A DNA stretch of 64,000 nt from Novosphingobium sp. (GTDB lineage: Bacteria > Pseudomonadota > Alphaproteobacteria > Sphingomonadales > Sphingomonadaceae): assembly GCF_020852455.1 (NCBI RefSeq), contig NZ_JADZAT010000001.1, positions 78,476 to 142,475 on the forward strand, given 5' to 3'. The notes beneath the pieces were generated by a model. That model did no database searches, was not told the origin of the DNA, and saw only the letters and a program-made list of their open reading frames with translations. The position numbers and the translations under genes are program-made. This document shows, in pieces, positions 27,617-36,246 of the stretch. Positions within the stretch are counted from its first letter, which is position 1, and every line of letters begins with the position of its first letter.

Positions 27617-29509
27617 ATGTGCGGAATCGCCGGCATCTTTCACCTCAGCACGCCCAAGCCGGTCGATCCGGCGCGGGTTGAACGGATGTGCGATGCACTG
27701 GCGCATCGCGGACCCGATGGGGCCGGGGTGTGGACCGCGCCGGGGGTCGGGCTGGGCCACCGCCGCCTGTCAATCATCGATATCGCCGGATCGCCGCAGC
27801 CGATGGCCTCCAGCGATCAGGCCGCGATGCTGGTGTTCAACGGTGAGATCTACAACTTTCGCGAACTGCGCGACGAGCTGAAGGGCGCCGGAGCCGAATT
27901 CCATACCGATGGCGATAGCGAGGTTATCCTTGCCGCCTGGCAGCGCTGGGGCCCGGCTTGCGTATCGCGATTACACGGGATGTTCGCCTTCGCGATCTAT
28001 GACCAGCGCGAACGGACGCTGTTCATGGCCCGCGACCGGCTTGGCGTGAAGCCGCTGTTCTATGCCCCGCTCAGCGATGGCAGCCTGGCCTTTGCGTCCG
28101 AACTCAAGGGCCTGCTGGCCCATCCGCTGCTGCGGCGCGAAATCGACCCGCTGGCGGTGGAGGACTACCTGACCTGGGGCTATGTCCCCGATCATCGCTC
28201 GATCCTGCAAGGCGTCCACAAATTGCCGGCCGGGCACACCCTGCTGCTGCGGCATGATGCGCCGCTGCCGGCGCCCTCCCAGTACTGGGACGTCAGCTTT
28301 GCCGAACGGCGCAAGGGCCGCGCCGCAGATCTTGAGGCAGAACTGCTGCACCTACTGCGCCAGGCGGTAACCTCGCGGATGGTTTCGGACGTACCGCTGG
28401 GCGCGTTCCTGTCGGGCGGGGTGGACAGTTCCTCGGTCGTCGCGCTGATGGCCGAGGCCAGCCGCGATCCGGTCAAGACCTGCTCGATCGGCTTTGACGT
28501 CGCGGCGGCGGATGAAACCTCCTATGCCGAGCAGGTCGCCCGCCGGTTTGCGACCGAGCACCGGGCGCTGCAGGTTTCGCCTGACGATTTCGCGCACCTC
28601 GATGCGCTGGTCGGGATGTTTGACGAACCCTTTGCAGACGCGTCGGCCCTGCCGACCTGGCGGGTTTGCCAGCTGGCGCGCGAGACGGTGACCGTCGCCT
28701 TGTCGGGCGATGGCGCTGACGAGGCTTTTGCCGGTTACCGGCGGCAGGTGTTTCAACATGGCGAGGATCGCGTCCGCTCCTTGCTGCCGCAGGCGCTGCG
28801 CGGACCGGTGTTCGGTGCGCTGGGGGCGATCTATCCCAAGGCGGATTGGGCGCCGCAACCGCTGCGCGCCAAGACCACCTTGCTCTCGCTGGCCGGGACG
28901 TCAGAGGCCGGCTATGCCCGCGCAGTCTCGATCCTGCCGCCCGAGCTGCGCCAGACGCTCTATTCGCCCGAGTTTTTGCGGCTGCGCGGTGACTACCGGG
29001 CCGAACAGGCGTTCGAGGACATGATGCGCCAGGCCCCGGCTCGTTCCGGGCTGGACCGCGCACAATATGCCGACCTCAAGTTCTGGCTGCCGGGCGATAT
29101 CCTGACCAAGGTCGATCGCACCAGCATGGCGGTGAGCCTGGAAGCGCGCGAGCCGCTGCTCGACCACCGGCTGATCGAATTCGCCGCCAGTCTGCCTGAA
29201 GGGCTGCGGGTACGGCGGGGCGAGGGCAAGTGGCTGCTCAAGAAGACGATGCAGCGCTACCTTCCGCAAGACATCCTCTATCGGCCCAAGCAGGGGTTCG
29301 TAACCCCGATATCGCAGTGGTTCCGCGGCCCCCTGGCTGAAACCGCGCGCTCGATCGCTTCAAGCGATGCCCTGGTGCGAACCGGATGGTTCGACGGGCA
29401 GCGCCTGGCCAGCATGGCCGATGCGCATATCGCGGGTCGATCGGATCATGGACGGATGCTGTGGCAACTTGTCATGCTCGACAAGTGCCTGGGCCAGATC
29501 CTGGGCTGA
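27617..29509 (+). CDS. XrtA/PEP-CTERM system amidotransferase (asparagine synthase-like)
   Basis: MCGIAG (Cys2 Ntn), HRGPD, FNGEIYN, LSGGVDSS, SLEAREPLLD, KQGF. Confidence 0.93.
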   Translation: MCGIAGIFHLSTPKPVDPARVERMCDALAHRGPDGAGVWTAPGVGLGHRRLSIIDIAGSPQPMASSDQAAMLVFNGEIYNFRELRDELKGAGAEFHTDGDSEVILAAWQRWGPACVSRLHGMFAFAIYDQRERTLFMARDRLGVKPLFYAPLSDGSLAFASELKGLLAHPLLRREIDPLAVEDYLTWGYVPDHRSILQGVHKLPAGHTLLLRHDAPLPAPSQYWDVSFAERRKGRAADLEAELLHLLRQAVTSRMVSDVPLGAFLSGGVDSSSVVALMAEASRDPVKTCSIGFDVAAADETSYAEQVARRFATEHRALQVSPDDFAHLDALVGMFDEPFADASALPTWRVCQLARETVTVALSGDGADEAFAGYRRQVFQHGEDRVRSLLPQALRGPVFGALGAIYPKADWAPQPLRAKTTLLSLAGTSEAGYARAVSILPPELRQTLYSPEFLRLRGDYRAEQAFEDMMRQAPARSGLDRAQYADLKFWLPGDILTKVDRTSMAVSLEAREPLLDHRLIEFAASLPEGLRVRRGEGKWLLKKTMQRYLPQDILYRPKQGFVTPISQWFRGPLAETARSIASSDALVRTGWFDGQRLASMADAHIAGRSDHGRMLWQLVMLDKCLGQILG

Positions 29510-29522
29510 TTCCTGACAGCAC

Positions 29523-29554
29523 AAACGAAAAGGCCCTGGCTTTCGCCAGGGCCT
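29523..29554 (-). terminator. Rho-independent terminator with its U-tract on the minus strand
   Basis: Perfect 10-bp stem AGGCCCTGGC-TTTC-GCCAGGGCCT (29531-29554). On the minus strand it is followed by TTTCGTTT; on the plus strand by AAAC. Confidence 0.8.
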
Positions 29555-29576
29555 AAACTCGTTTCTGGAGATAGCC

Positions 29577-29633
29577 TTAGCGGCCCGAGCTGCCGCGCAG
29601 CGAATCCCAGAATTCCTTGAAGAAACCGGTCAT
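29577..29633 (-). CDS. 18-aa small peptide MTGFFKEFWDSLRGSSGR (below the ORF-track cutoff)
   Basis: CAGGAGGctattATG RBS, TAA stop, codons typical of this genome (TTC, AAG, CTG, CGC, GGC), upstream promoter and a strand-matched terminator. Confidence 0.75.
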   Translation of the reverse strand: MTGFFKEFWDSLRGSSGR

Positions 29634-29682
29634 AATAGCCTCCTGAAAGCCTTGCCGTCAGTAAGGGCTGGCTCTCGACGCT

Positions 29683-29710
29683 AGGATAATGAATTCTTAA
29701 CCACTTGCAA
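29683..29710 (-). promoter_or_regulatory. Sigma70-like promoter TTGCAA-N16-TATCCT overlapping a CtrA-like TTAA-N7-TTAT box
   Basis: Minus strand reads TTGCAAgtggTTAAgaattcaTTATCCT, 49 nt upstream of the small-peptide ATG. Confidence 0.55.
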
Positions 29711-29886
29711 TAGCGAAAAATTCACCATCAGCTATCCTGGCTATTCAAGAAATTACCTCATTGATTCAGATGGTTGTGCGATTTCTGCTGGAAGTGCTCG
29801 GCGTTAACCCGCGAATCTCTGGGAACCGCTGGCAACGAATCGATGGAATTTGATCAGCGCTAGGGGAACGCAACGGCCCCCGTAGA

Positions 29887-32193
29887 TCAAGCCGCGTGTA
29901 GGCGGTTGTTCGAATTGAGCAGCGCTTCCAGCGCTTCGATCCGCATTGGCTTGGCCAGGTAATAGCCCTGGGCAATATCGCAATGGATCGCTCGCAACAG
30001 TTCAAGCGTTTCGGGATCCTCGATCCCTTCGGCGATCACGCGCCGGCCGAGACCATGCGCCAGTTCGATCGTCGATTCGACCAGCAGCATGTCGCTGGGG
30101 TTGGCCACCAGGTTGGCGACAAACCGGCGGTCAATCTTGATTTCCTGGCATGGAACCGACCGCAGGTAGTCGAGCGTTGCGTTCCCGGTGCCATAATCAT
30201 CGATTGAGAGTTCGATCCCCAGCGCGGCGATTGCTTCCAGGTTTGCCGCAACGATCGTGTGTTCGGCAAACGGCGCGGATTCGGTAACTTCAAGCGTCAG
30301 GCTGCTGGCGGGGAAGCCGTATTTGGCCAAGGTCAGCAGGATCTGCTGGGGCAGTTGCGGATTTTCGAGCAGTACCGCCGAGATGTTGACGCTGAGCCGG
30401 AAGGTCGGGTTGGCGGCCACCAGGTGTCGGGTCGACTGGATCGACTGCTCAAGCACATAGAAGGTCAGGCGGGTAATACGGTTGTATTCTTCCGCCGCGA
30501 GCACGAAGGCTTCGGGCGAAATTGCCCCCCGGGTCGGGTGCAGCCAGCGGACCAGCGCTTCGGCGCCGACGATCCGGTCGGTCTTGAGGTTGAATTGCGG
30601 CTGGAACGCCACCCAGATGTCGCCATTGTCGATCGCGGCATCGAGTTCGCTCATCAGCGAGAGTTCCCAGGCGCTTTCATCGTCGTTTTCGCTGTTGTTG
30701 AACTGGACCAACTGGTGCTTTGCTGCGGCCTGGTCTGCGGCCAGGAGCGCACGCCCGATCCTGCTTGCAACTGGCCTGGCCAGCACGGTGTCTACCCCGA
30801 AGACCACATGGATATCGAGCTTGCGGCCCTGGATAATCAGATGGCTTTCGATCAGTTGGGCAAGACCTGCCAGGTGACCGGCGATCTCGTCGTCGGGCAG
30901 CTTGGGACCCAGCCAATAGAGCACGTCTTCGGCCTGATAGAAGGTGGTCTTTTCGCCCGGCAAGGTAAGCCGCCTGGCAAGTTCGGTAATCAGATCGGCT
31001 TCAACGGCCTCTGGAAAGCTGGCGCAAACCGCAGCGTAGTTCCGAATTCGCATCGCCACAATCGGGCGACTGGCAGCGGCGGGCTCTTCGCGCAGCGCCG
31101 ACAGATTAGGCAACAGGGTATTCGCATTCTGTCGGCGGGCTTCCGCTACGTCGCGCAGATTGTTTGCGCGATAGGCAATCACGCCGAACAGGAGGATCGC
31201 CGGAACATAGTAGGCATCAACAAGCAGGCTATCCAGGATGAAGGGTACGACCAGTGCCAGCGACAGGCCGAACAGGACTATTTGCATAGCCCGGCGTCTT
31301 GAGGATGTTCGCAACAAGGCTATTGAAAGCATGGCAGCGACAAGCAGGATCGGAAGTCCGCCAGCCGAAGTCGGCGATCCTTCACGCAAGGTTTGAGCGC
31401 CAATGGCATGCCCATAAACGCCAGCCACCCAACCTTGACCAACAATCTGGGTAAAATCGTTCTCCGTTTGCGCGGTCACCCCAAGCAGAACATCTTTGTT
31501 CTTGAAGAAATTTTGCGGGATTTTTCCGTCAATCACATCAGCCAGGCTGATGGTCGGGATGGTCGAAGCCTGGATTGACCAATCCGGTCGGTACCAGTCG
31601 TCGAGTTGTGCTGCGCGGCCGGCCATGTCTCCTGAGATGGAGGGAACCGTTTGCCCTTCGATTTTTCCACCATACCCCAGGCGAAGCGTGAGCTGAAAAG
31701 GTGATTTAAGATTTGCGAACGAGCGCAACGGCGCTTTCGATCGAAAGGCGTCGATCGGCACCAGCCTTACTTCTTCACCAGACATATTCTGGTAGCTATC
31801 TGCGCCGATAAACACACGGCCATAGTGCCGCGTGAGTGCCGACGCGAAGCTTTGGTCACCCTCGGGATCAAGCGGTAGCCGGAATGACTCGTCAAAATAC
31901 ACCCGTTTGGCGCCACCGGCGAAGGCCTTGTCTAAAAGGTCTGCGTTGTGCTGACGGGAATAATAGCTTGTTTTGAAGCGCTGCACCGTCCGATCGTCGA
32001 TCGCAACGACGACAACAGATTTATCAGCTGGGCGCGCTCTGATCGTGTCACGCAGACCGCGAAAGGCGTCTTCGATCGGCGACGTGAAGTTGGCAATTGC
32101 GGCCAGCAGGCAAATCACAAACGGCCACAGGAACAGCCGCAGCCGCGAAACTGGCCCCTTTGTCCTGGTTTTGCGCCGGAATGGCCAGATCAT
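29887..32193 (-). CDS. CHASE2 sensor - 3 TM - degenerate GGDEF - EAL c-di-GMP phosphodiesterase
   Basis: VVVVAIDD CHASE2 start, KNKDVLLG. GGDEF motif absent. EAL motifs intact: GAEALVRW, VNIS, LEVTES, IDDYGTG, EIKIDRRFV, AEGIE, AQGY. Confidence 0.9.
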   Translation of the reverse strand: MIWPFRRKTRTKGPVSRLRLFLWPFVICLLAAIANFTSPIEDAFRGLRDTIRARPADKSVVVVAIDDRTVQRFKTSYYSRQHNADLLDKAFAGGAKRVYFDESFRLPLDPEGDQSFASALTRHYGRVFIGADSYQNMSGEEVRLVPIDAFRSKAPLRSFANLKSPFQLTLRLGYGGKIEGQTVPSISGDMAGRAAQLDDWYRPDWSIQASTIPTISLADVIDGKIPQNFFKNKDVLLGVTAQTENDFTQIVGQGWVAGVYGHAIGAQTLREGSPTSAGGLPILLVAAMLSIALLRTSSRRRAMQIVLFGLSLALVVPFILDSLLVDAYYVPAILLFGVIAYRANNLRDVAEARRQNANTLLPNLSALREEPAAASRPIVAMRIRNYAAVCASFPEAVEADLITELARRLTLPGEKTTFYQAEDVLYWLGPKLPDDEIAGHLAGLAQLIESHLIIQGRKLDIHVVFGVDTVLARPVASRIGRALLAADQAAAKHQLVQFNNSENDDESAWELSLMSELDAAIDNGDIWVAFQPQFNLKTDRIVGAEALVRWLHPTRGAISPEAFVLAAEEYNRITRLTFYVLEQSIQSTRHLVAANPTFRLSVNISAVLLENPQLPQQILLTLAKYGFPASSLTLEVTESAPFAEHTIVAANLEAIAALGIELSIDDYGTGNATLDYLRSVPCQEIKIDRRFVANLVANPSDMLLVESTIELAHGLGRRVIAEGIEDPETLELLRAIHCDIAQGYYLAKPMRIEALEALLNSNNRLHAA

Positions 32194-32433
32194 CTCCGGT
32201 CCCCCTCGGCGCCAGGATTCGACCGATCAAAGATGCACAAAAACAGCGCGCTACGCCGCCAAGGCGCAACACGTTTAATATCGCATCGGGGAGGGGTCCC
32301 GTGGTGCATGCACCTTTCTAACCGGCAATATGGTAATTTTCCGTTATCCCTACCGGCGGGTTGATCAGGTAATCAATCGGCAGACTTTTCGACGAACCGT
32401 TCGCCTGGTCCGAGAAAATGCGTTGCTATTTGA

Positions 32434-32450
32434 GATGTGATATTGTTACG
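32434..32450 (+). promoter_or_regulatory. Candidate Zur box
   Basis: GATGTGAT-ATT-GTTACG resembles the TGT(T/A)AT-N3-AT(A/T)ACA palindrome and sits upstream of a ZnuD-like receptor. Confidence 0.4.
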
Positions 32451-32525
32451 GGCGTCAACAGCAGCTAAGGACCCCGCAAGCCGGGCGGGGGATCGTCTCG
32501 CCAACCGCCTATTGATGGAAAGCCT

Positions 32526-34655
32526 GTGATGAATTGCCCGATCGATCGTTTCCTCGTCTCTGCTGTGGCCCTTGCGGCTGCCAGCCTGGCCCTCCCGGCC
32601 CAAGCACAGGACCAGACCGGAGGCGATGAACCCGACTATCACGATCACGGCGATGCCGAGATTGTCGTCACCGGGATGTTGCGAACCAGCCGTCAGGATG
32701 CGCTGTCAGGCGTCGCGGTTGTTAGCGGAGAGGAACTGACCGCAGCGATCCGGCCATCGATCGGGGATACGCTGGCGCGCACGCCAGGGGTCAGCGCGAC
32801 TTCGTTCGGGCCTTCGGCATCGCGCCCGGTCTTGCGCGGCCTGCAGGGTGAACGCGTGCGGGTGCTGTCGAACGGGATCGGCTCGATCGACGTTTCCAAC
32901 ACCTCGGCCGATCACGCCCCGGCAATCAATCCGGCGCTGGCGCAGCGGGTTGAAGTGCTGCGCGGTCCGCAATCGCTGCAATACGGCTCGGCCGCGATTG
33001 GCGGTGTGGTGAACGTCATCGACAAGCGGATACCCGAATCGGTTCCGGATGAACCGGTGCATCTCTCTGCGCTTGGCACCTATGGTTCGGCGGCGGACGA
33101 ACGCAGCGGCGCGGGATCGCTTGAGCTTCCGCTTGGTGACGGATGGGTTGGTCATATCGACGCAAGCTATCTGAAGACGAGCGATCTGCGGATCGGCGGC
33201 TTTGCCCTGACGCCTGAATTGCGAGCCGAAGCGCTTGGGTCGAGCCTGCTGCCACCCGATCCCTTGGCGGATCCCGAAATTGACTTTGCTGCCAATGCCG
33301 TGCTGGCAGGGCGCCTGCCGAACACTGCGGCCCGCAACTGGTCGGTCGGGGCAGGGCTGGCCTATATCAACGATGGCGGCAACATCGGCGTGGCCTACAG
33401 CCACCTCGATTCACTCTATGGAGTGCCGCCGCGGCTCGCCACTGAGCCCGGCGAAGGGCAGGAAGCACCCCGCCTGCACATGCGGCAGGACCGGATTGAT
33501 GCCCGGGCTGAGCTTGAACTGGGCGAGGGCCTGTTTGACAAGCTGTCGGCGCGATACGCCTTTGGCGACTATTCGCATGCCGAGCTTGAACCGGATGGTG
33601 CGATCGGCACCACTTTCCTCAATCAGGGTATGGAAGCCCGGCTCGATATATCGCAGACCGAACGCGGGGGATGGAAGGGCGCCAGCGGTATCCAGTTCAT
33701 GAACCGCGACTTCAACGTGATTGGCGACGAAGCGTTTCTGCCTCGCAATTTCACCGAACAATTCGGGGTCTTTACCCTGCAGCAGGTCGACAGCGGACCC
33801 TGGCTGATCGAGGCGGGTCTGCGATACGAGCACAGCAGTCTGGATTCGCTGCCCGAGGCCAGCCAGCCGCAGTTCTTTTCGGGGCGACGCGCCTTCGATG
33901 CCTGGTCGGGGGCATTGGGTGCAGCCTATGATTTCGCGCCGGGCTGGAAATTCGGGCTGAACCTGTCGCGGGTGGAACGCGCGCCGTCGGCCGAGGAACT
34001 GTTTGCCAATGGTCCGCACCATGGCACCGAATCCTATGAGCTTGGCGATCCTGCCCTGACCAAGGAGCGGGCGGTGAGCGTTGAAGCGATCCTGCGCGGC
34101 CAGCACGACGGTCTGACTCTGGATGTCTCAGCCTACCACAGCTGGTTCGCAAATTTCGTCTATGACGAGCGCACCGGCGCGATTGTGGACGGACTGCCCG
34201 TATACCAGATCCGCCAGGGTGATGCCCGGTTGTGGGGTTTCGAAGTACAAGGCAGCCTGGAACTGGCGGAAAGCGGTCTGTGGACCTTCTCGGTCGATGG
34301 GCTGGCGGACTATGTGCACGCCAGTATCGACGGAGCGGGGCCGGCACCGCGAATTCCGCCGCTGCGCTTTATGGGCGGACTGCGGGCCAAGTCGGCCAAG
34401 TTCGATGCCGGGATCGAGGTGGAGCGCGTAACCGCACAGCGCCGTACCGCCGCGAACGAAACCGAGACACCCGGATACACCATGGTCAACCTTGAGCTGG
34501 CCTGGCGTCCCAGCGGCAACGACAGTCCGATCAGCCTGGTGCTCAGCGCCAGCAACCTTTTCGATGTCGAGGCCCGCCGCCACGCTTCGTTCCTGAAGGA
34601 TTACGCGCCGCTAGCGGGCCGTGATATCCGGCTGACCGTGCGGCTGGAAATCTAG
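32526..34655 (+). CDS. TonB-dependent receptor, ZnuD-like
   Basis: Signal peptide, YHDHGDAEIVVTG (TonB-box region), ASRPVLRGL, VEVLRGP, GPHHGT, C-terminal LAGRDIRLTVRLEI. Confidence 0.9.
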   Translation: MMNCPIDRFLVSAVALAAASLALPAQAQDQTGGDEPDYHDHGDAEIVVTGMLRTSRQDALSGVAVVSGEELTAAIRPSIGDTLARTPGVSATSFGPSASRPVLRGLQGERVRVLSNGIGSIDVSNTSADHAPAINPALAQRVEVLRGPQSLQYGSAAIGGVVNVIDKRIPESVPDEPVHLSALGTYGSAADERSGAGSLELPLGDGWVGHIDASYLKTSDLRIGGFALTPELRAEALGSSLLPPDPLADPEIDFAANAVLAGRLPNTAARNWSVGAGLAYINDGGNIGVAYSHLDSLYGVPPRLATEPGEGQEAPRLHMRQDRIDARAELELGEGLFDKLSARYAFGDYSHAELEPDGAIGTTFLNQGMEARLDISQTERGGWKGASGIQFMNRDFNVIGDEAFLPRNFTEQFGVFTLQQVDSGPWLIEAGLRYEHSSLDSLPEASQPQFFSGRRAFDAWSGALGAAYDFAPGWKFGLNLSRVERAPSAEELFANGPHHGTESYELGDPALTKERAVSVEAILRGQHDGLTLDVSAYHSWFANFVYDERTGAIVDGLPVYQIRQGDARLWGFEVQGSLELAESGLWTFSVDGLADYVHASIDGAGPAPRIPPLRFMGGLRAKSAKFDAGIEVERVTAQRRTAANETETPGYTMVNLELAWRPSGNDSPISLVLSASNLFDVEARRHASFLKDYAPLAGRDIRLTVRLEI

Positions 34656-35773
34656 GCTTCGCCGTGGCCGGCAGCCAGGTACTCAGCGCTCTGCATTTCC
34701 ATCAGGCGTGATACGGTACGTTCGAATTCGAAGGCACCGTCGCCCTTGGTATAAAGCGCTTCGGGTTCGGCGGCTGCGGTGGCGAACAGCTTGACCTTGT
34801 TTTCGTAAAGCGCGTCGATCAGGGTGACAAACCGCGCGGCATCGTTGCGGTTTTCCGGTCCCATGCGCGGAATACCGACCACGATGACCGTGTGATAGGT
34901 TTGCGCAATTGCCAGATAATCGGCCGCGCCGCGTGCTTCGCTGCACAACCGCTTGAAGCTGAACACTGCCACACCCTTGAGGCTTTTGGGGACATGCAGC
35001 ATGCGCCCGCCGCCCAGGTCGAGTTCGGCCGAGGGCACATGCTCGCTGTCTTCGGGCGAGAAGTCGGTCAGCCGAAAGAACGCCTCGCGAACCTGCGCGG
35101 TGGCGGCATCGCCCAGCGGCGTGTGCCAAGTGTCGATCCCGGCAAGGCGTTCAAGCCGGTAATCATGCGGCCCGTTCAGCGCGATCACGTCAAGCTCCCG
35201 CTCGATCAGGGCGATGAACGGCAGGAAGTGTTCGCGGTTGAGCCCGTCCTTGTATAGCTCGCCCGGCGCGCGATTGCTGGTGGTGACGATGGTCAGGCAG
35301 CACATTTCGATCAGCCAGGTGAATAGCCGGCTCATGATCATGGCGTCGGCGGAATTGTTGACCACCATTTCGTCGAACGCCAGCACTCGCAGCCCCTCGG
35401 CGATCTTCATTGCGACCGGCGGGATCGGATCGCCCGATTCTTTCTTGCGCTCCTCGCGCAGCAGGGAGTGCACTTCCAGCATAAAGGCGTGGAAGTGGAC
35501 CCGCCGCTTGCCGGGAATCGAAAGGCAGTCATGGAACAGGTCCATGAGCATCGACTTGCCCCGGCCAACCCCGCCCCACAGATAGATCCCGCGCGGCAGC
35601 GGCTCGCTGGGAGGCGTGCCGACCAGATAGGAGTACCAACGACGCTTGGCGGGTGGGCGCTCAAGCTCCTGCTGGAGTTGGTCCAGCTTGCTGGCTGCGG
35701 CACGCTGTTCGGGATCGGGGCGCAGTTCTCCCGAAGCGACCAGTTGTTCGTACCGCGCCAGAACGGTGGTCAT
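34652..35773 (-). CDS. zapE: AFG1/ZapE family ATPase
   Basis: GIYLWGGVGRGKSMLMD, RVHFHAFM, FDEM, TSNRAP, RFVTLIDALY, ERTVSRLMEM. Confidence 0.95.
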   Translation of the reverse strand: MTTVLARYEQLVASGELRPDPEQRAAASKLDQLQQELERPPAKRRWYSYLVGTPPSEPLPRGIYLWGGVGRGKSMLMDLFHDCLSIPGKRRVHFHAFMLEVHSLLREERKKESGDPIPPVAMKIAEGLRVLAFDEMVVNNSADAMIMSRLFTWLIEMCCLTIVTTSNRAPGELYKDGLNREHFLPFIALIERELDVIALNGPHDYRLERLAGIDTWHTPLGDAATAQVREAFFRLTDFSPEDSEHVPSAELDLGGGRMLHVPKSLKGVAVFSFKRLCSEARGAADYLAIAQTYHTVIVVGIPRMGPENRNDAARFVTLIDALYENKVKLFATAAAEPEALYTKGDGAFEFERTVSRLMEMQSAEYLAAGHGEA

Positions 35774-36246
35774 TTGGGTGCAGTAGGCTTGCGGATTGTG
35801 CCTGAAAATGCCGCAACCAGATTGCCTTCGCCCTGCTCCACGACGCCGCGCAGGAATACCAGCCGGCGGGTTTCCTTGAGCAGCTCGGTCACGGCGTCAC
35901 ACGGAATGTCAGGCTTGCCTGCGCCGATGAACTGCACCGACAGGTCCAGCGTTACCGCGGTGCCGGCTTCGATGATTCCCAGCTGGCGGGCGCAGGCGAA
36001 CAGGGCAATGTCGATCAGCGCCATCACCGTGCCGCCGTGGATGTTGTTGCCCAGGTTGGTGTGGCGATGCTCGGGAAACATCCGCAGCCGCGCCTTGCCA
36101 TCGGGATCGCCGCGGACCAGCAGCTTGGGGAACATCCAGCTGTTGAAGCGGGTGCTGTCTTTCAGCTGCCAGGTAAACCAACCGGGATTTTCCGGATCAG
36201 GTTCGCTTCTGAAGCCGCGATCGTCGCCGTTAGCTGTGACGCTCAA
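35770..36246 (-). CDS. PaaI family thioesterase
   Basis: [22 protein letters not shown] hotdog fold. Confidence 0.88.
   Translation of the reverse strand: MSVTANGDDRGFRSEPDPENPGWFTWQLKDSTRFNSWMFPKLLVRGDPDGKARLRMFPEHRHTNLGNNIHGGTVMALIDIALFACARQLGIIEAGTAVTLDLSVQFIGAGKPDIPCDAVTELLKETRRLVFLRGVVEQGEGNLVAAFSGTIRKPTAPK

Noticed and set aside
27617-29633. Small peptide as a lasso-peptide/RiPP precursor processed by the adjacent AsnB-like enzyme
   Set aside because: The peptide has no leader/core layout and there are no B1/B2 proteins. The AsnB homologue keeps its Cys2 glutaminase domain and belongs to the XrtA operon on the opposite strand.
29577-29633. Small peptide as a type I toxin (Ibs/Ldr/Fst-like)
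   Set aside because: It is amphipathic rather than a hydrophobic TM helix, and I found no antisense promoter-terminator unit or sequestered RBS. Not excluded, but unsupported.
32190-32309. 39-codon ORF (MHHGTPPRCD...) whose stop overlaps the CHASE2-EAL start
   Set aside because: Weak, too-close SD, atypical codon usage and no recognisable motif; likely chance.
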